DNA of 64,000 nucleotides from a virus. Taxonomy: Duplodnaviria; Heunggongvirae; Uroviricota; Caudoviricetes. This document shows positions 18,292-28,536 of the stretch, piece after piece. A model generated the notes under the pieces. The model was not told the origin of the DNA. It did not search any database and was given only the letters and a program-made list of their open reading frames with translations. The first letter of the stretch is position 1. Each line of letters starts with the position of its first letter. Where the stretch lies: positions 15,804-79,803 of the IMG/VR virus record IMGVR_UViG_3300012075_000001, one strand, 5' to 3'. The position numbers and the translations under genes are program-made.

Positions 18292-20682
18292 ATGACCAAC
18301 CGTGTAACCAAACGCAACGGCTCTACGGAGTCTTTTTCTCATGAAAAAATTGAGAAAGCGGTAATTTGGGCCACAAAAGATACGAATGTGCCACCTCAAT
18401 TAGTTATTGATAATGCGATTATGCTTATCTATGACGGCATCAAAACAAGCGACATACAAGAAGCGTTAATCAGCGCAGCGTCTAAGTTAACTTCTGCAAC
18501 CATGACAGATGCTTCATTTGTTGCGGCCCGCTTATTGTTGCTAGATTTGTACAAACATATTTGCGGGGAAAAGGGCAAGGTTGACGGTGGTGGTTTTCAA
18601 TACCCTCACATCAAAGATTACATTCAGGAAGGTGTAAATAACAAACTTCTTGACCCTGTATTGTTGCAGTCTTACGACTTAGAAAAAATCAACGCCGCAA
18701 TTAAACCTGAGCGTGATTTGCTGTTTGGTTATCTAGGCTTAGACACGCTGAAAGACCGTTACTTTATTCGCAAAAATCGCGATATCAAGTACGAGAAAGA
18801 CACGGGCAAACCTTCAGGTGAGATTATCGAATTGCCGCAGCATTTCTGGATGCGTGTTGCAATGGGCGTGGCTATCAAAGAAAAGCCTGAGAATCGTACA
18901 GCTCGCGCACTTGAGTACTATGAAATGTATTCGCCTTTAGACTACGTTTCATCAACACCAACATTATTCAATGCCGGAACGCTGCGCCCTCAACTGTCTA
19001 GCTGTTACTTAAACCAAGTGTCTGACACGATCACGGCAGAGCTTGGTGACAGCCGCTATGCATCAATTTTTGGCGCGATTGAAGAAACGGCCCTGCTTTC
19101 TAAATTTGCTGGTGGTATTGGTACAGACTGGACGCCTGTGCGTGGTGAAAATGAAATCATCATTGGAACCAATGGTATTTCAAGTGGTGTAGTTCCTTAC
19201 ATTAAGGTTCAGAACAACACTGCCGTTGCAGTTAACCAAGGTGGCAAACGCAAAGGATCTGTCGCGCCTTATCTTGAATCTTGGCATCCTGATTTCATGG
19301 CATTCTGTGAACTCAAGAAGGAAGCTGGCGATGACCGACTCCGCGCTCATGATACCTTCCCTGCTGCTTGGGTTCCTGATCTGCTTGTAAAACGCAAGGA
19401 AGACCCGGAAGCAATGTGGTCGTTCTTCTCTCCACATAAATTCCCTGAACTTCACGAATTGTACGGCGAAGCTTTTGAAACGCGCTATGAAGAACTTGAA
19501 GCGTTGAAAGAGTTTGAGTTCCAGTTGCCAGCGCTGAAAGTATGGCGTCATATTCTTTCTAACTTGTTTGAAACGGGCCACCCTTGGATTACATATAAAG
19601 ACGAAAGTAACCGCCGTAATCCTCAATCGCATGTTGGTGTAATTCATCACAGTAACTTGTGTACTGAAATTACGCTAAATAGCTCTAAAGAAGAAACTGC
19701 TGTTTGTAACTTAGGTTCTATTAACTTACCCAAAACAATGAGCGGCCCTAAACCTTTAGAAAAATTGCGTCAAATTGTACGCCTTGCTGTTCGCAATCTT
19801 GACTCGGTAATTGATGTCAATTACTACCCTTCAGAGCGTGCTAAGCGTTCTAACTTGCGTCATCGCCCGATTGGTTTAGGTGTGATGGGTTACTACGAGT
19901 GGCTTGTGAAGCAGGGCGTTGATTTTGAAAGTGACCAACACCTCGAACAAGCCGATGCTTTATTTGAAGCAATCTCTTATTTCGCAATTGAAGCCTCTGC
20001 GGACTTAGCTCAAGAGCTTGGCTCGTACCCATCGTTTGAAGGCTCTAAGTGGTCACAAGGTATCTTGCCAATTGATACCGCTAAAAAGATGGAAGATGGC
20101 AAGCCATTCTTTGACCGTCCACGCCGTTTTGATTGGGATGCTTTACGCGAAAAAGTCAAAAAAGGCATGCGTAACTCAAACATCATGGCAATTGCACCTA
20201 CTGCAACGATTTCGAACATTGCCGGCACAACCCAATGTACAGAAGTGCCGTTCTTGCTTCAGTACTACAAAACCAATTTAGGTGGCGTATACAAAATCGT
20301 TGACCCTTCTGTTCGCCATGTTGGTGACAACTTCCACCTTCTTAAAGAAGCGTTCTACGTTGATCAAATGTGGATTATCAAAAGCGCTGCTGTTCGTCAG
20401 AAGTGGATTTGCCAATCTCAGTCTACCAACCTGTTTGCAGCACAAGGCACAACTGGTAAAGACCTAGATGTGATGTATTCAAAAGCGTATGAATACGGCT
20501 TGAAAACCACCTATTACTTGCGTGGCCAATCAGCAACCAAGGGTTCAGCTTCAGCGAAAGCCGAAGTAATTGAGGCTTTAAAAGCTGCCGCTGCTCAGGT
20601 TAGTGTTTTGAGCGATGCGGAAGCCCAACAACAAGCTAAATTATGTTCGATTTTCGAGCCTGATTGCGAAAGCTGCCAATAA
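18292..20682 (+). CDS. nrdA: ribonucleotide reductase class Ia large subunit
   Basis: N-terminal ATP-cone (VTKRNGSTESFSHEKI), NLCTEI active-site motif, C-terminal Cys tail. Confidence 0.9.
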   Translation: MTNRVTKRNGSTESFSHEKIEKAVIWATKDTNVPPQLVIDNAIMLIYDGIKTSDIQEALISAASKLTSATMTDASFVAARLLLLDLYKHICGEKGKVDGGGFQYPHIKDYIQEGVNNKLLDPVLLQSYDLEKINAAIKPERDLLFGYLGLDTLKDRYFIRKNRDIKYEKDTGKPSGEIIELPQHFWMRVAMGVAIKEKPENRTARALEYYEMYSPLDYVSSTPTLFNAGTLRPQLSSCYLNQVSDTITAELGDSRYASIFGAIEETALLSKFAGGIGTDWTPVRGENEIIIGTNGISSGVVPYIKVQNNTAVAVNQGGKRKGSVAPYLESWHPDFMAFCELKKEAGDDRLRAHDTFPAAWVPDLLVKRKEDPEAMWSFFSPHKFPELHELYGEAFETRYEELEALKEFEFQLPALKVWRHILSNLFETGHPWITYKDESNRRNPQSHVGVIHHSNLCTEITLNSSKEETAVCNLGSINLPKTMSGPKPLEKLRQIVRLAVRNLDSVIDVNYYPSERAKRSNLRHRPIGLGVMGYYEWLVKQGVDFESDQHLEQADALFEAISYFAIEASADLAQELGSYPSFEGSKWSQGILPIDTAKKMEDGKPFFDRPRRFDWDALREKVKKGMRNSNIMAIAPTATISNIAGTTQCTEVPFLLQYYKTNLGGVYKIVDPSVRHVGDNFHLLKEAFYVDQMWIIKSAAVRQKWICQSQSTNLFAAQGTTGKDLDVMYSKAYEYGLKTTYYLRGQSATKGSASAKAEVIEALKAAAAQVSVLSDAEAQQQAKLCSIFEPDCESCQ

Positions 20683-20696
20683 TTTTAGGTTAATAT

Positions 20697-20720
20697 AGTC
20701 AGTCACTACTGACTTATAAT
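20697..20720 (+). promoter_or_regulatory. palindromic motif (AGTCACTACTGACT) + TATAAT
   Basis: Followed by hairpin AGGGGTGTT..AACACCCCT, then the nrdB start. Confidence 0.5.
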
Positions 20721-20760
20721 ACAGGGGTGTTTTAACACCCCTCTTTCATGGAATAAAGAA

Positions 20761-21753
20761 ATGACATACGCAAACCGAATTAATGATCGACGTTTAATTT
20801 TGGGTCCAAAGGATGACCTAATGGCGATCAGCCCGATGAAACACACGTGGGCCAGAGACATTCATCAACGCATGAAGGACAACAACTGGTTTCCTGAAGT
20901 GGTCGACTTGAGCAATGAAGGCATTTGCTATCGAGACAAGCTTACCGAAGCGGAACGTCGATTGTATGACAAGAGCCTTGCGTTTTTATCGAACCTTGAC
21001 GGTATCCAATTTCACAATATCAACCAAAATATTGCCAAGCATGTAACCTCTCCTGAAGTTGCTATTTGTTTATCCCGTCAAGCATGGGAAGAAGCAAACC
21101 ATGTGGAATCTTACGCTAAGCTCGTTGAAACCGTCTCTACAGATCCAATGAGTGTCTATATGACATTTGAGCGTGATGGTATTTTGGCGAAGAAAAACGA
21201 GTTTATTTTGCGTCAATCACGTATCTTGGGCGACCAATTTACAGCACGCGGTTTTGGGCTTTCATGTATTTCAAACGTCATGCTTGAGGGTGTTTACTTT
21301 TTCTCTGGGTTCTTAGGCTTCTACTTGCTTGCAGATAAAGGCAAAATGCTCGGTTCGGCAGATATGATTCGTTATATCCAGCGTGATGAAGAAGGTACAC
21401 ACCTTGATCTGTTCACCCACATGCTTGATACATTGCGCATCGAAAACTCAGAAATTTTCACAAATTCATTTTGGGACGATACGGCTGAATTAATCGACTC
21501 TTCAACCAAAATGGAGATTAGCTGGGGTCAATACGTTCATCAAGGCGTTACCAATCCCGAAGCAATCGAGTTGTATATCAAATCGTTAGCGAATAAGCGT
21601 GCCATTCAAATTAATGCACCGTTTGTGCCTTATCCTGGTGTGGTTAATCCGTTTCAGTGGGTAGAAGAATTTTCAAAGCCAAATACCGCCGAGAAGAACT
21701 TCTTTGAATCGCGGGTAACTGATTATAAGTCTGGTGGTGCATTAGCATGGTAA
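20761..21753 (+). CDS. nrdB: ribonucleotide reductase small subunit
   Basis: Di-iron ligand motifs (EEANHVESY, EGTH) and size. Confidence 0.85.
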   Translation: MTYANRINDRRLILGPKDDLMAISPMKHTWARDIHQRMKDNNWFPEVVDLSNEGICYRDKLTEAERRLYDKSLAFLSNLDGIQFHNINQNIAKHVTSPEVAICLSRQAWEEANHVESYAKLVETVSTDPMSVYMTFERDGILAKKNEFILRQSRILGDQFTARGFGLSCISNVMLEGVYFFSGFLGFYLLADKGKMLGSADMIRYIQRDEEGTHLDLFTHMLDTLRIENSEIFTNSFWDDTAELIDSSTKMEISWGQYVHQGVTNPEAIELYIKSLANKRAIQINAPFVPYPGVVNPFQWVEEFSKPNTAEKNFFESRVTDYKSGGALAW

Positions 21754-21783
21754 AAGAAAAGGCGCATTAAGCGCCTTTTTTAT
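21753..21783. terminator. bidirectional rho-independent terminator (nrdB / doc convergence)
   Basis: AAAAGGCGC-ATTAA-GCGCCTTTTTT. Confidence 0.75.
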
Positions 21784-22205
21784 AACTGATGAACATATTG
21801 ATAGAGGTAGTCGCCTAATGCCTCAGCAATTTCCTTGTGGCCACCGTCTTCGCATGATTGTGCGCTTTCAACAATGTCAACCATCATGTCATCCAGATCT
21901 TGATTAGGTTCAATGTAAACGCCTTGCATACGAAGGTAAGTCAACATTACGGTCAATCCTGTTCTTTTATTGCCATCTTTAAATGCGTGTTGCGTGGCAA
22001 TTGAAATACCATACCATGCCGCAATCACATAAATGTCATTCAAGCCTTCGTAGTAAACGTATTGTTGAACTCTTGCCAAAGCGCTTTCAAGTAGACCGTC
22101 ATTGGTTGGGCCTCTCAAGCCACCCTGTACGCTATCTAGAATTTCGTTATGAATCGCCTTTACAAGCGCTGCGTTAATTGTAGGTGCCGGATCAAAATCA
22201 TCCAT
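21780..22205 (-). CDS. doc: Doc (death-on-curing) / Fic-family toxin
   Basis: HAFKDGNKRTG matches the Doc/Fic motif H.F.(D/N)GNKR. Confidence 0.7.
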   Translation of the reverse strand: MDDFDPAPTINAALVKAIHNEILDSVQGGLRGPTNDGLLESALARVQQYVYYEGLNDIYVIAAWYGISIATQHAFKDGNKRTGLTVMLTYLRMQGVYIEPNQDLDDMMVDIVESAQSCEDGGHKEIAEALGDYLYQYVHQL

Positions 22206-22564
22206 TATTTATAAGCCAGACGTTCAAGTTCCTCGTGATGATCACGAATAACACTGCGGGCAACGCCACGAACCAAACGCTCAGAAGCAGGCGACTCAGT
22301 TAGCCCGATCATGACAGCCGCACGTTCTGAAGCAAGTTTGCGGGCACTCTCAAGAACTTTAGCGCTTTGAGAAGAATCAAGATACTTCATCATTTGCACA
22401 GCAGCACCAGTGCTTGCTTTGTCCAATAACAAATCTTCTAGCTGACGATTTTTCTCTTCTTCACTAAGTTGAGAAACTGATTCAAATGCTTTACGCATTT
22501 GCTCCATTCTGTCTTCGTACAGCTTGCTTTTACGCTCAGTTAAAAACTCGCTAAATCTTTTCAT
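22205..22564 (-). CDS. putative cognate antitoxin / partner of Doc (not Phd-like)
   Basis: Immediately upstream of doc on the same strand with a TAATG overlap. Helical and charged. -35 TTGACA upstream. Confidence 0.45.
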   Translation of the reverse strand: MKRFSEFLTERKSKLYEDRMEQMRKAFESVSQLSEEEKNRQLEDLLLDKASTGAAVQMMKYLDSSQSAKVLESARKLASERAAVMIGLTESPASERLVRGVARSVIRDHHEELERLAYK

Positions 22565-22708
22565 GTAATTAACCTCATTAACAAACGTCGATCATGTGTC
22601 AATTCACTACGGGTCGACCGTATGTCATGGTTCATTTTAACCGTTTATTCGCAAACATAAAACAACTGGCTAAAAATAAGCCTATTTATAGAAAATAATC
22701 TCCAAAAG

Positions 22709-22730
22709 ATCAGTCAGTACTGACTATACT
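22709..22730 (+). promoter_or_regulatory. palindromic motif + TATACT
   Basis: Followed by hairpin GGAGGTGAC-GCCAA-GTCACCTC then TTTTT (22750-22776). Confidence 0.5.
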
Positions 22731-22797
22731 TTAACGCTCAGAGAACGAGGGAGGTGACGCCAAGTCACCTCTTTTTAATAGTGAGTGTCAACCAACA

Positions 22798-23658
22798 ATG
22801 CAAGTCAAAATTATTGCGGATTCTTGTAGTCATGAAGGGAAACGTATTACGACCTTTCAACTGCGTTACCCGCGTTTTATTCACAGTGAAGTGATGACCC
22901 ACCGCGTATTTAGTCGCAATGCATCAAGCTCGCGTGCCATCCCTGTAATCAAAATGATCAATCAGGTTGAAGCAAATCCGGCGATGCCTGTTCATTGGGG
23001 CAAAAACCAAGCTGGTATGCAGGCTTGGGAAGAAGTGGATGAAGAAACAAAGGAACTTGCTCGTGAAGCTTGGCTAATCGCAGCTAAAAATGCGGTTGAA
23101 ACAGCGCGATTCATGGCTGTTGATCTCAATCTGCACAAACAAGTTGTTAATCGCATCTTAGAGCCATTCCAATTCATTGAAGTGGTTTTGACGGCGACCA
23201 GTTATGACAACTTCTTTGAGCTTCGCCATCACGAAGATGCCGACCCAACTATTTTTGCCTTAACTGCATTGATGAAGGCAGAAATTCAAAAATCAACACC
23301 AGTTCTTTTAGGGCCTAACGAATGGCACCTTCCATACATCACAGATAAAGAACGTGAACTTTATCCGATCGAAATTCTGTTGCAAGTATCGGCGGCTCGT
23401 TGTTGTCGCGTCTCCTACTTACTACATGACGGCCAAACGCCAAACATCGATAAAGATATTCGCCTTTGTGAAAAGTTAGTTGGTTCTGAACCACTTCACG
23501 CCTCTCCTTTTGAACATCAAGCAACACCGGATATTCGAAATCCGTGGTTAGTCAAATTGTTCTGCGGCGAATGGCAAAACAAACATCTGCATGGGAATTT
23601 CGATGGCTTTATACAGCATCGGAAATTAATCGAACTTCAATTTAAGGAAGCAGCATGA
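22798..23658 (+). CDS. thyX: flavin-dependent thymidylate synthase
   Basis: THRVFSRNASSSRAIP matches the ThyX RHR(X7)S motif. Confidence 0.8.
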   Translation: MQVKIIADSCSHEGKRITTFQLRYPRFIHSEVMTHRVFSRNASSSRAIPVIKMINQVEANPAMPVHWGKNQAGMQAWEEVDEETKELAREAWLIAAKNAVETARFMAVDLNLHKQVVNRILEPFQFIEVVLTATSYDNFFELRHHEDADPTIFALTALMKAEIQKSTPVLLGPNEWHLPYITDKERELYPIEILLQVSAARCCRVSYLLHDGQTPNIDKDIRLCEKLVGSEPLHASPFEHQATPDIRNPWLVKLFCGEWQNKHLHGNFDGFIQHRKLIELQFKEAA

Positions 23659-23951
23659 GCTTTTTGAAATGGTTATTCGGCTCAACTGAGCCAGTACAAC
23701 AACCACAGGAACAATCAGTCGACTTGATCATTGGAAATATTTCAAAGCAGGTCGAAGAGTTAAACGCTTTGCAAGAGGCGAAATTGCGTGAAGCCAATGG
23801 ACACGGTGAAGCTGCGGCAAAAATCTTATTCAAACAAGATCAAGCCCATGCTGAAGCTGAGCGCGCAAGTTTGGTAGGCAATGCTTTAAGCAGCCTTATT
23901 TCTGTTCCTCAAAATTTAACCATTGAAGATGTAAAGAAGGAAATTAACTAA
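23655..23951 (+). CDS. hypothetical protein
   Basis: ATGA-coupled to thyX. Confidence 0.4.
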   Translation: MSFLKWLFGSTEPVQQPQEQSVDLIIGNISKQVEELNALQEAKLREANGHGEAAAKILFKQDQAHAEAERASLVGNALSSLISVPQNLTIEDVKKEIN

Positions 23952-24412
23952 TGGTTCCAGTGGAAGTAAAAATCTTAGATGAGCGCTTGTTAAGTGAATT
24001 TGGCGCTCCAGTGTATGCCTCTGAAGGTGCCGCAGGTTTGGATCTTCGTGCGTGTATCGACAAGCCTGAAGTGACCATCATGCCAGGTGAGCAACTTATG
24101 GTTGGAACGGGTCTGGCCATCCACCTGAAAAACCCTAACCTTGCCGGACTTCTTATGCCCCGCTCTGGCCTTGGCACCAAGCACCGTATTGTACTTGCGA
24201 ATACCGTTGGTCTAATGGACTCAGACTATCAGGGTGAAGTTAAGGCTTGTTTAACCAATGAAGGTAGCCAGCCATTTGTTCTAAGAGCCGGTGAGCGTAT
24301 TGCTCAATATGTTGTTGTGCCTACCTTCCAACTTGCCATGACTGTCGTTGAAGAGTTTGGCGCTTCAACAGAACGCGGTGAAGGCGGCTTCGGAAGCACA
24401 GGTACAAAATAA
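23951..24412 (+). CDS. dut: dUTPase
   Basis: dUTPase motifs AGLDLRA, PRSGLG, DSDYQGEV and C-terminal motif V. Confidence 0.85.
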   Translation: MVPVEVKILDERLLSEFGAPVYASEGAAGLDLRACIDKPEVTIMPGEQLMVGTGLAIHLKNPNLAGLLMPRSGLGTKHRIVLANTVGLMDSDYQGEVKACLTNEGSQPFVLRAGERIAQYVVVPTFQLAMTVVEEFGASTERGEGGFGSTGTK

Positions 24413-25095
24413 TGTTTGGTCTTTGTGGAAGTCACCGTACTGGTAAGACAGCGCTTGCTCAAGCATACGCGGAAAAGCACGGTGCTATTTTTCTAAAAAG
24501 TGACATCACAGGATGGCAACGCGAGATTGGGTTTGATTCATCGAATCAGACCTACTCATTTGACGATCGAATGAAGATCCAAGAGCACATGATTACTCGT
24601 CTTGAAGACTTATTCGTTGAACACTTCATGGGCGAGAACAGACTCGAACCAGTCATTACAGATCGCACGCCTATTGACCTGATGATGTACACAATCGCTG
24701 CTGTTTCAGATGGTTTAAGCGATGAACAGTCTCAGCGCTTGGAAGCGTATTTAAACAAATGCTTTGAAGTTCAAAACAAATATTTCACGGGGGTAATGCT
24801 GGTCCAACCGGGTATTCCTTTGGTCGAAAAAGATGGTTCAGCCAAATGCTGTAAAGCTTTTATTGAAAAGCTGAACACGATTGTCTTGGGCCTATTCATG
24901 GACAGCCGTTTACGCGTACCTCATTGGTATCTCAAGCGCGATGTCCTTGACCTTAATAAACGTATTTCTCTTTGTCATTCATGCTGGCACAAAGCACGGA
25001 TTTCGCTAATTGCCAAATTGGAGACAAAGGAAACCGTTTCAAGCAAGCCTGATTCCATAAAAGGAATTGAGTTTGCCACTGAAACACGCCAGTAG
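24412..25095 (+). CDS. P-loop nucleotide kinase (dNMP kinase-like)
   Basis: N-terminal GSHRTGKT Walker A. Sits in the nucleotide-metabolism block. Confidence 0.45.
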   Translation: MFGLCGSHRTGKTALAQAYAEKHGAIFLKSDITGWQREIGFDSSNQTYSFDDRMKIQEHMITRLEDLFVEHFMGENRLEPVITDRTPIDLMMYTIAAVSDGLSDEQSQRLEAYLNKCFEVQNKYFTGVMLVQPGIPLVEKDGSAKCCKAFIEKLNTIVLGLFMDSRLRVPHWYLKRDVLDLNKRISLCHSCWHKARISLIAKLETKETVSSKPDSIKGIEFATETRQ

Positions 25096-25184
25096 GCGAA
25101 TCAACAGGAGGTCATTGAGACCCCTATTTAACAGCGCTTCAATAAAGAAGTTGAAGCGCAAACACTCAGAATCAAAAGGAGTTA

Positions 25185-25370
25185 ATGATGAGTGACGCAG
25201 CAATCCAACAATTACAAGCGCAAGTAAATGACCTTACAGCAAAAGTGACATCTCAAGGTCAAGAAATTGTGCAGCTTAAACAGTCTTTAAATAGCAATGC
25301 AGTAGCTATCAGCACTTTAAGCAGCACAGTTTTAAGTCTACAGAGCCGTGTAACACAGCTTGGCGGCTAA
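25185..25370 (+). CDS. small coiled-coil protein
   Basis: 61-aa ORF followed by a terminator. Confidence 0.35.
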   Translation: MMSDAAIQQLQAQVNDLTAKVTSQGQEIVQLKQSLNSNAVAISTLSSTVLSLQSRVTQLGG

Positions 25371-25391
25371 CAAGCGTAAGTAATAAGCAAA

Positions 25392-25418
25392 AGGTGGCAG
25401 CGTAAGCTGCCATTTTTA
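25392..25418 (+). terminator. rho-independent terminator
   Basis: GGTGGCAGC-GTAA-GCTGCCAT-TTTT. Confidence 0.7.
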
Positions 25419-25536
25419 TCAATGTATATAACGGGGTTTCTATGAACATTAATTCGCTCCCCTCTTTGTGGTTGGTCTGTTTGGCCGTTATTGGCGCGGT
25501 AATTATTTTAGCCGCTGTATTTATACGAGTTTTCGG

Positions 25537-25707
25537 ATGAGCAAGATGACTGGATTTTTATTGGGATTCATTGTCGCGTGGTTCATGTGTCACAACTACA
25601 CACATTCAATGATCGCCTCTGAGTGTGAACGTTTAGGTGGGTTCTTCGTGGGCAAGAAGGTTTTTAAGTGCATCGCGGTCGAGAGTCTTGAAGAGGAACA
25701 AAAATGA
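25537..25707 (+). CDS. small membrane protein
   Basis: One predicted TM helix (GFLLGFIVAWF). Confidence 0.3.
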   Translation: MSKMTGFLLGFIVAWFMCHNYTHSMIASECERLGGFFVGKKVFKCIAVESLEEEQK

Positions 25708-25892
25708 GCAAGCCTGATTTTAAAGCTCGGAAAGCTGAACGTACCGAACGTTACTTTAAATATGAGTTTCGAAACAAATTAGTGGAATGCACAGCTTGCA
25801 ACGGTTCGGGTTGGTATGACTCGTGCCGACCTAATGGTGACTCAATCCCTTGTGGTAATTGCGAAGGCACAGGCAAGGAGCGCGAAAGATAA
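25704..25892 (+). CDS. small zinc-ribbon protein
   Basis: C..C...C..C pattern. Confidence 0.35.
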   Translation: MSKPDFKARKAERTERYFKYEFRNKLVECTACNGSGWYDSCRPNGDSIPCGNCEGTGKERER

Positions 25893-26323
25893 TGGATTTT
25901 CAGCAAAGAGCCAACTTTCATATTTGCAAACATACTAACTTTTGTATCGATTTGAATTTGGTTATTGGGTTAACGGTCTGGAATGACGCAGGCAAACGAA
26001 AAGGCATAACTGCTCTATTAAAAGACGGTACGAAATTCTACAGCCAAGCAATATCTGAGGGGCTTCTAGCTAAAGCATTTGCAGAAATCGCGGAAGCTTT
26101 GAAGGGTTCGCAAGGCGAGAGTCGGTCAAAACCCGGTGAGCATCCAGCTTCAGTTTTGCAAAAGATAGGTAACGCGGAAAGTGTTTGGATTCACAAACCT
26201 ACAAAAACTTATTACGCAGCCAATGGTAACAGTTTGGATTATTGGTGTGGCGTACTAAATAAATGGGAAAGATCGGGTCACACCGCGTTTGGTTCATTTT
26301 TTCATGAGTTGGAGCAAATATGA
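25892..26323 (+). CDS. hypothetical protein
   Basis: TAATG-coupled. Confidence 0.4.
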   Translation: MDFQQRANFHICKHTNFCIDLNLVIGLTVWNDAGKRKGITALLKDGTKFYSQAISEGLLAKAFAEIAEALKGSQGESRSKPGEHPASVLQKIGNAESVWIHKPTKTYYAANGNSLDYWCGVLNKWERSGHTAFGSFFHELEQI

Positions 26324-26730
26324 GCGCAGTTCAATTTATTCAGGCTCATGGCCCTAAACACACGGCGGAGATTGTGAAGAATGCGCCATCAACAGCGACA
26401 CATTTCACTGAAGCTCTCGGCGGACACTATGCCAAAGAAGCGCTTCGCAATAATGAGCTTCAGTGGGCGTGGTTTAACACAATAGTTCAGGCGTGGTATT
26501 ACGATTTTGCATCAAAAGAACGTGTACAACTTTCTGAACTCAGAATCCTAGTGAAATCAGTAGAGCGAATTAACCGTTTTGAACATGGCATTCAACAAGC
26601 AAAAAACCACTTGAACTACTTAATTTCGTTTGGTTCCGAATTTGCTGGCGTTAGTAAAGAGGAAGTTAAAGAGCTTGCTGAAGATATTAACAATTACGAA
26701 TCAATATATGGAACAAAAAACCATGCTTAA
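26320..26730 (+). CDS. hypothetical protein
   Basis: ATGA-coupled. Confidence 0.4.
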   Translation: MSAVQFIQAHGPKHTAEIVKNAPSTATHFTEALGGHYAKEALRNNELQWAWFNTIVQAWYYDFASKERVQLSELRILVKSVERINRFEHGIQQAKNHLNYLISFGSEFAGVSKEEVKELAEDINNYESIYGTKNHA

Positions 26731-27520
26731 TAATTTTGAATCATGCCCTGTGTGCCAAGAGCAGACCGATCAATGTTTATCTTGCGCCTCTTATGTCGTG
26801 GATGGCGAACGCATTTATTACGAAAAGCTGAAAGATTTTGGCGCAACTCAAGATCATGAATTGCGCTTTATTCGACGTATTCAAAAGCACAGAACAACGG
26901 CGTTCTTCCATAAAGGGAAATTGTACATACCAAGTCGACAAGGCAGATCAGTTCCTTTGGCAATTGGTTTGCAATGGGAAGCTTGGGAAGAGCAACAAGA
27001 AAAAGTTAATGAACTAGAAAATCGTGTTAATGCGGCACTAGCAAGGGCAAACATGACTTGTCTCGGCGGCCCCATGTTCTTTAAGCAGTTTGACGACGTG
27101 CTTGCAATCTTGAGAGGCAAAGAGCCTTTAAACCACGAACAAGAGGAGACTTTCGCAGAGTTTCACCTTAGATGGTTCGCAATGACAAATGCCGACCTTT
27201 CGGAAGAGGAAGTTAAAAAATTGTATGACCGAGTTTACGGTCATTCGCGTATGCAGCCCGAACTTCATGATCACGAAGAGATCTGGAAGCTTCAGCAAAA
27301 GAATGTCGATTATTGGAAGAAAGCATACAAGAACCTAAAACTCCAACTTCAAAACAAGGAGATTGATGCGCAGGCAGACGCAAAGAAAATTGCTGAGCTG
27401 GAAAATCGGACAAATGCAGCATTGAAAATCATCGAGTCATTACTTGTTTGTGAAATGTACGCACATGATGCGCTGAAGTTAGAGCGAGCTTTAAGCGGTG
27501 AGTCCAATGGCCAAGTCTAA
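26723..27520 (+). CDS. hypothetical protein, N-terminal zinc ribbon plus coiled coil
   Basis: CPVC...CLSC then heptad-rich region. Confidence 0.4.
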   Translation: MLNNFESCPVCQEQTDQCLSCASYVVDGERIYYEKLKDFGATQDHELRFIRRIQKHRTTAFFHKGKLYIPSRQGRSVPLAIGLQWEAWEEQQEKVNELENRVNAALARANMTCLGGPMFFKQFDDVLAILRGKEPLNHEQEETFAEFHLRWFAMTNADLSEEEVKKLYDRVYGHSRMQPELHDHEEIWKLQQKNVDYWKKAYKNLKLQLQNKEIDAQADAKKIAELENRTNAALKIIESLLVCEMYAHDALKLERALSGESNGQV

Positions 27521-27752
27521 ATACAATTGGTCAAAAGTGCCTGAGTGGGTGAATTGGATTGCGACCAACGAAAGTGGTTTCGCATTTGGGCATGCTGAAA
27601 AACCAGTAAGCGGATGGCTTTTCGAAGGCTTTTGGTATCTAGGTGGCACGACAGTGTTTTTATTTTGGCCCAGAGAAAACCCTTGCAAAGACGATTGGAC
27701 AAATTCCCTAGAACAACGACCTGAAGGAGTCGCAGGTAATGACGAACGATAG
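27507..27752 (+). CDS. hypothetical protein (Trp-rich)
   Basis: ORF only. Confidence 0.3.
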   Translation: MAKSKYNWSKVPEWVNWIATNESGFAFGHAEKPVSGWLFEGFWYLGGTTVFLFWPRENPCKDDWTNSLEQRPEGVAGNDER

Positions 27753-27833
27753 TTGGTTTTGGCTTTTTCTGATTGTGGTTGCTATCTGTATTACCACGCT
27801 CAAATTGAACGGCATAGACGTAAAGGGGTTTTA

Positions 27834-28142
27834 ATGATTGTTTACATTGGTTCAAACGACAAAGATAAAGGCGATTGGTTATGCACTTCAAAAGATGATG
27901 AATTTGACATCAAATGCTTTGATTTTTACGTTCAAAACGGTGGTTGGGGCGGAACATTCTGCGATGGTCAAATTGAGATTCATCATGGTGGACGCATTGT
28001 CGATAACCTTTACGCAACAACCGAAGAGTCACAATTTCCAGAGTGGACCGAGATATATGTAAAGGAAATCAAAGAAAGGGAAAAACGCCGCGCTCTCCGT
28101 GATGAAAATCCTCTCGAACTATATGACGATACCCCATTTTGA
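27834..28142 (+). CDS. hypothetical protein
   Basis: SD AAAGGGG before the ATG. Confidence 0.4.
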   Translation: MIVYIGSNDKDKGDWLCTSKDDEFDIKCFDFYVQNGGWGGTFCDGQIEIHHGGRIVDNLYATTEESQFPEWTEIYVKEIKEREKRRALRDENPLELYDDTPF

Positions 28143-28158
28143 GATAAGGGACTTAAAA

Positions 28159-28536
28159 ATGAATGAAATTACTTTCATAAGAAGAAATTCTATTCAAAAG
28201 GCTCAAAAGCTAATTGAAAACGCCCCGCCAGAAGCCAATTACTACGGCCCGCATCATTACTTGCAATGGGATGGACGAGTATTAAATACATTAGTAGAAG
28301 GCGCTTGGCGCGCGACCGCAACTTATGGCGGGAATCAACGCTTTATTGACGATTGCAGTGTGAATCTAAAAGAGCTTGAAAAGGTTTTAGACTCACTTAA
28401 ACGAATCGAAGAGAATGGCGGCATTCAAAGTGCGAGAGATAGGTTGAAGATGAATGCTGTTTTACGCTGGATAAATCCTGAAATTGAACAGTTGAAGGAA
28501 GACGTGGACTATTGGGATGCAATACATGAAAAATGA
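28159..28536 (+). CDS. hypothetical protein
   Basis: SD AAGGGAC before the ATG. Confidence 0.4.
   Translation: MNEITFIRRNSIQKAQKLIENAPPEANYYGPHHYLQWDGRVLNTLVEGAWRATATYGGNQRFIDDCSVNLKELEKVLDSLKRIEENGGIQSARDRLKMNAVLRWINPEIEQLKEDVDYWDAIHEK

Noticed and set aside
19180-19650. 156-aa minus-strand ORF inside nrdA
   Set aside because: Antisense to a highly conserved RNR large subunit. Composition-driven shadow ORF.
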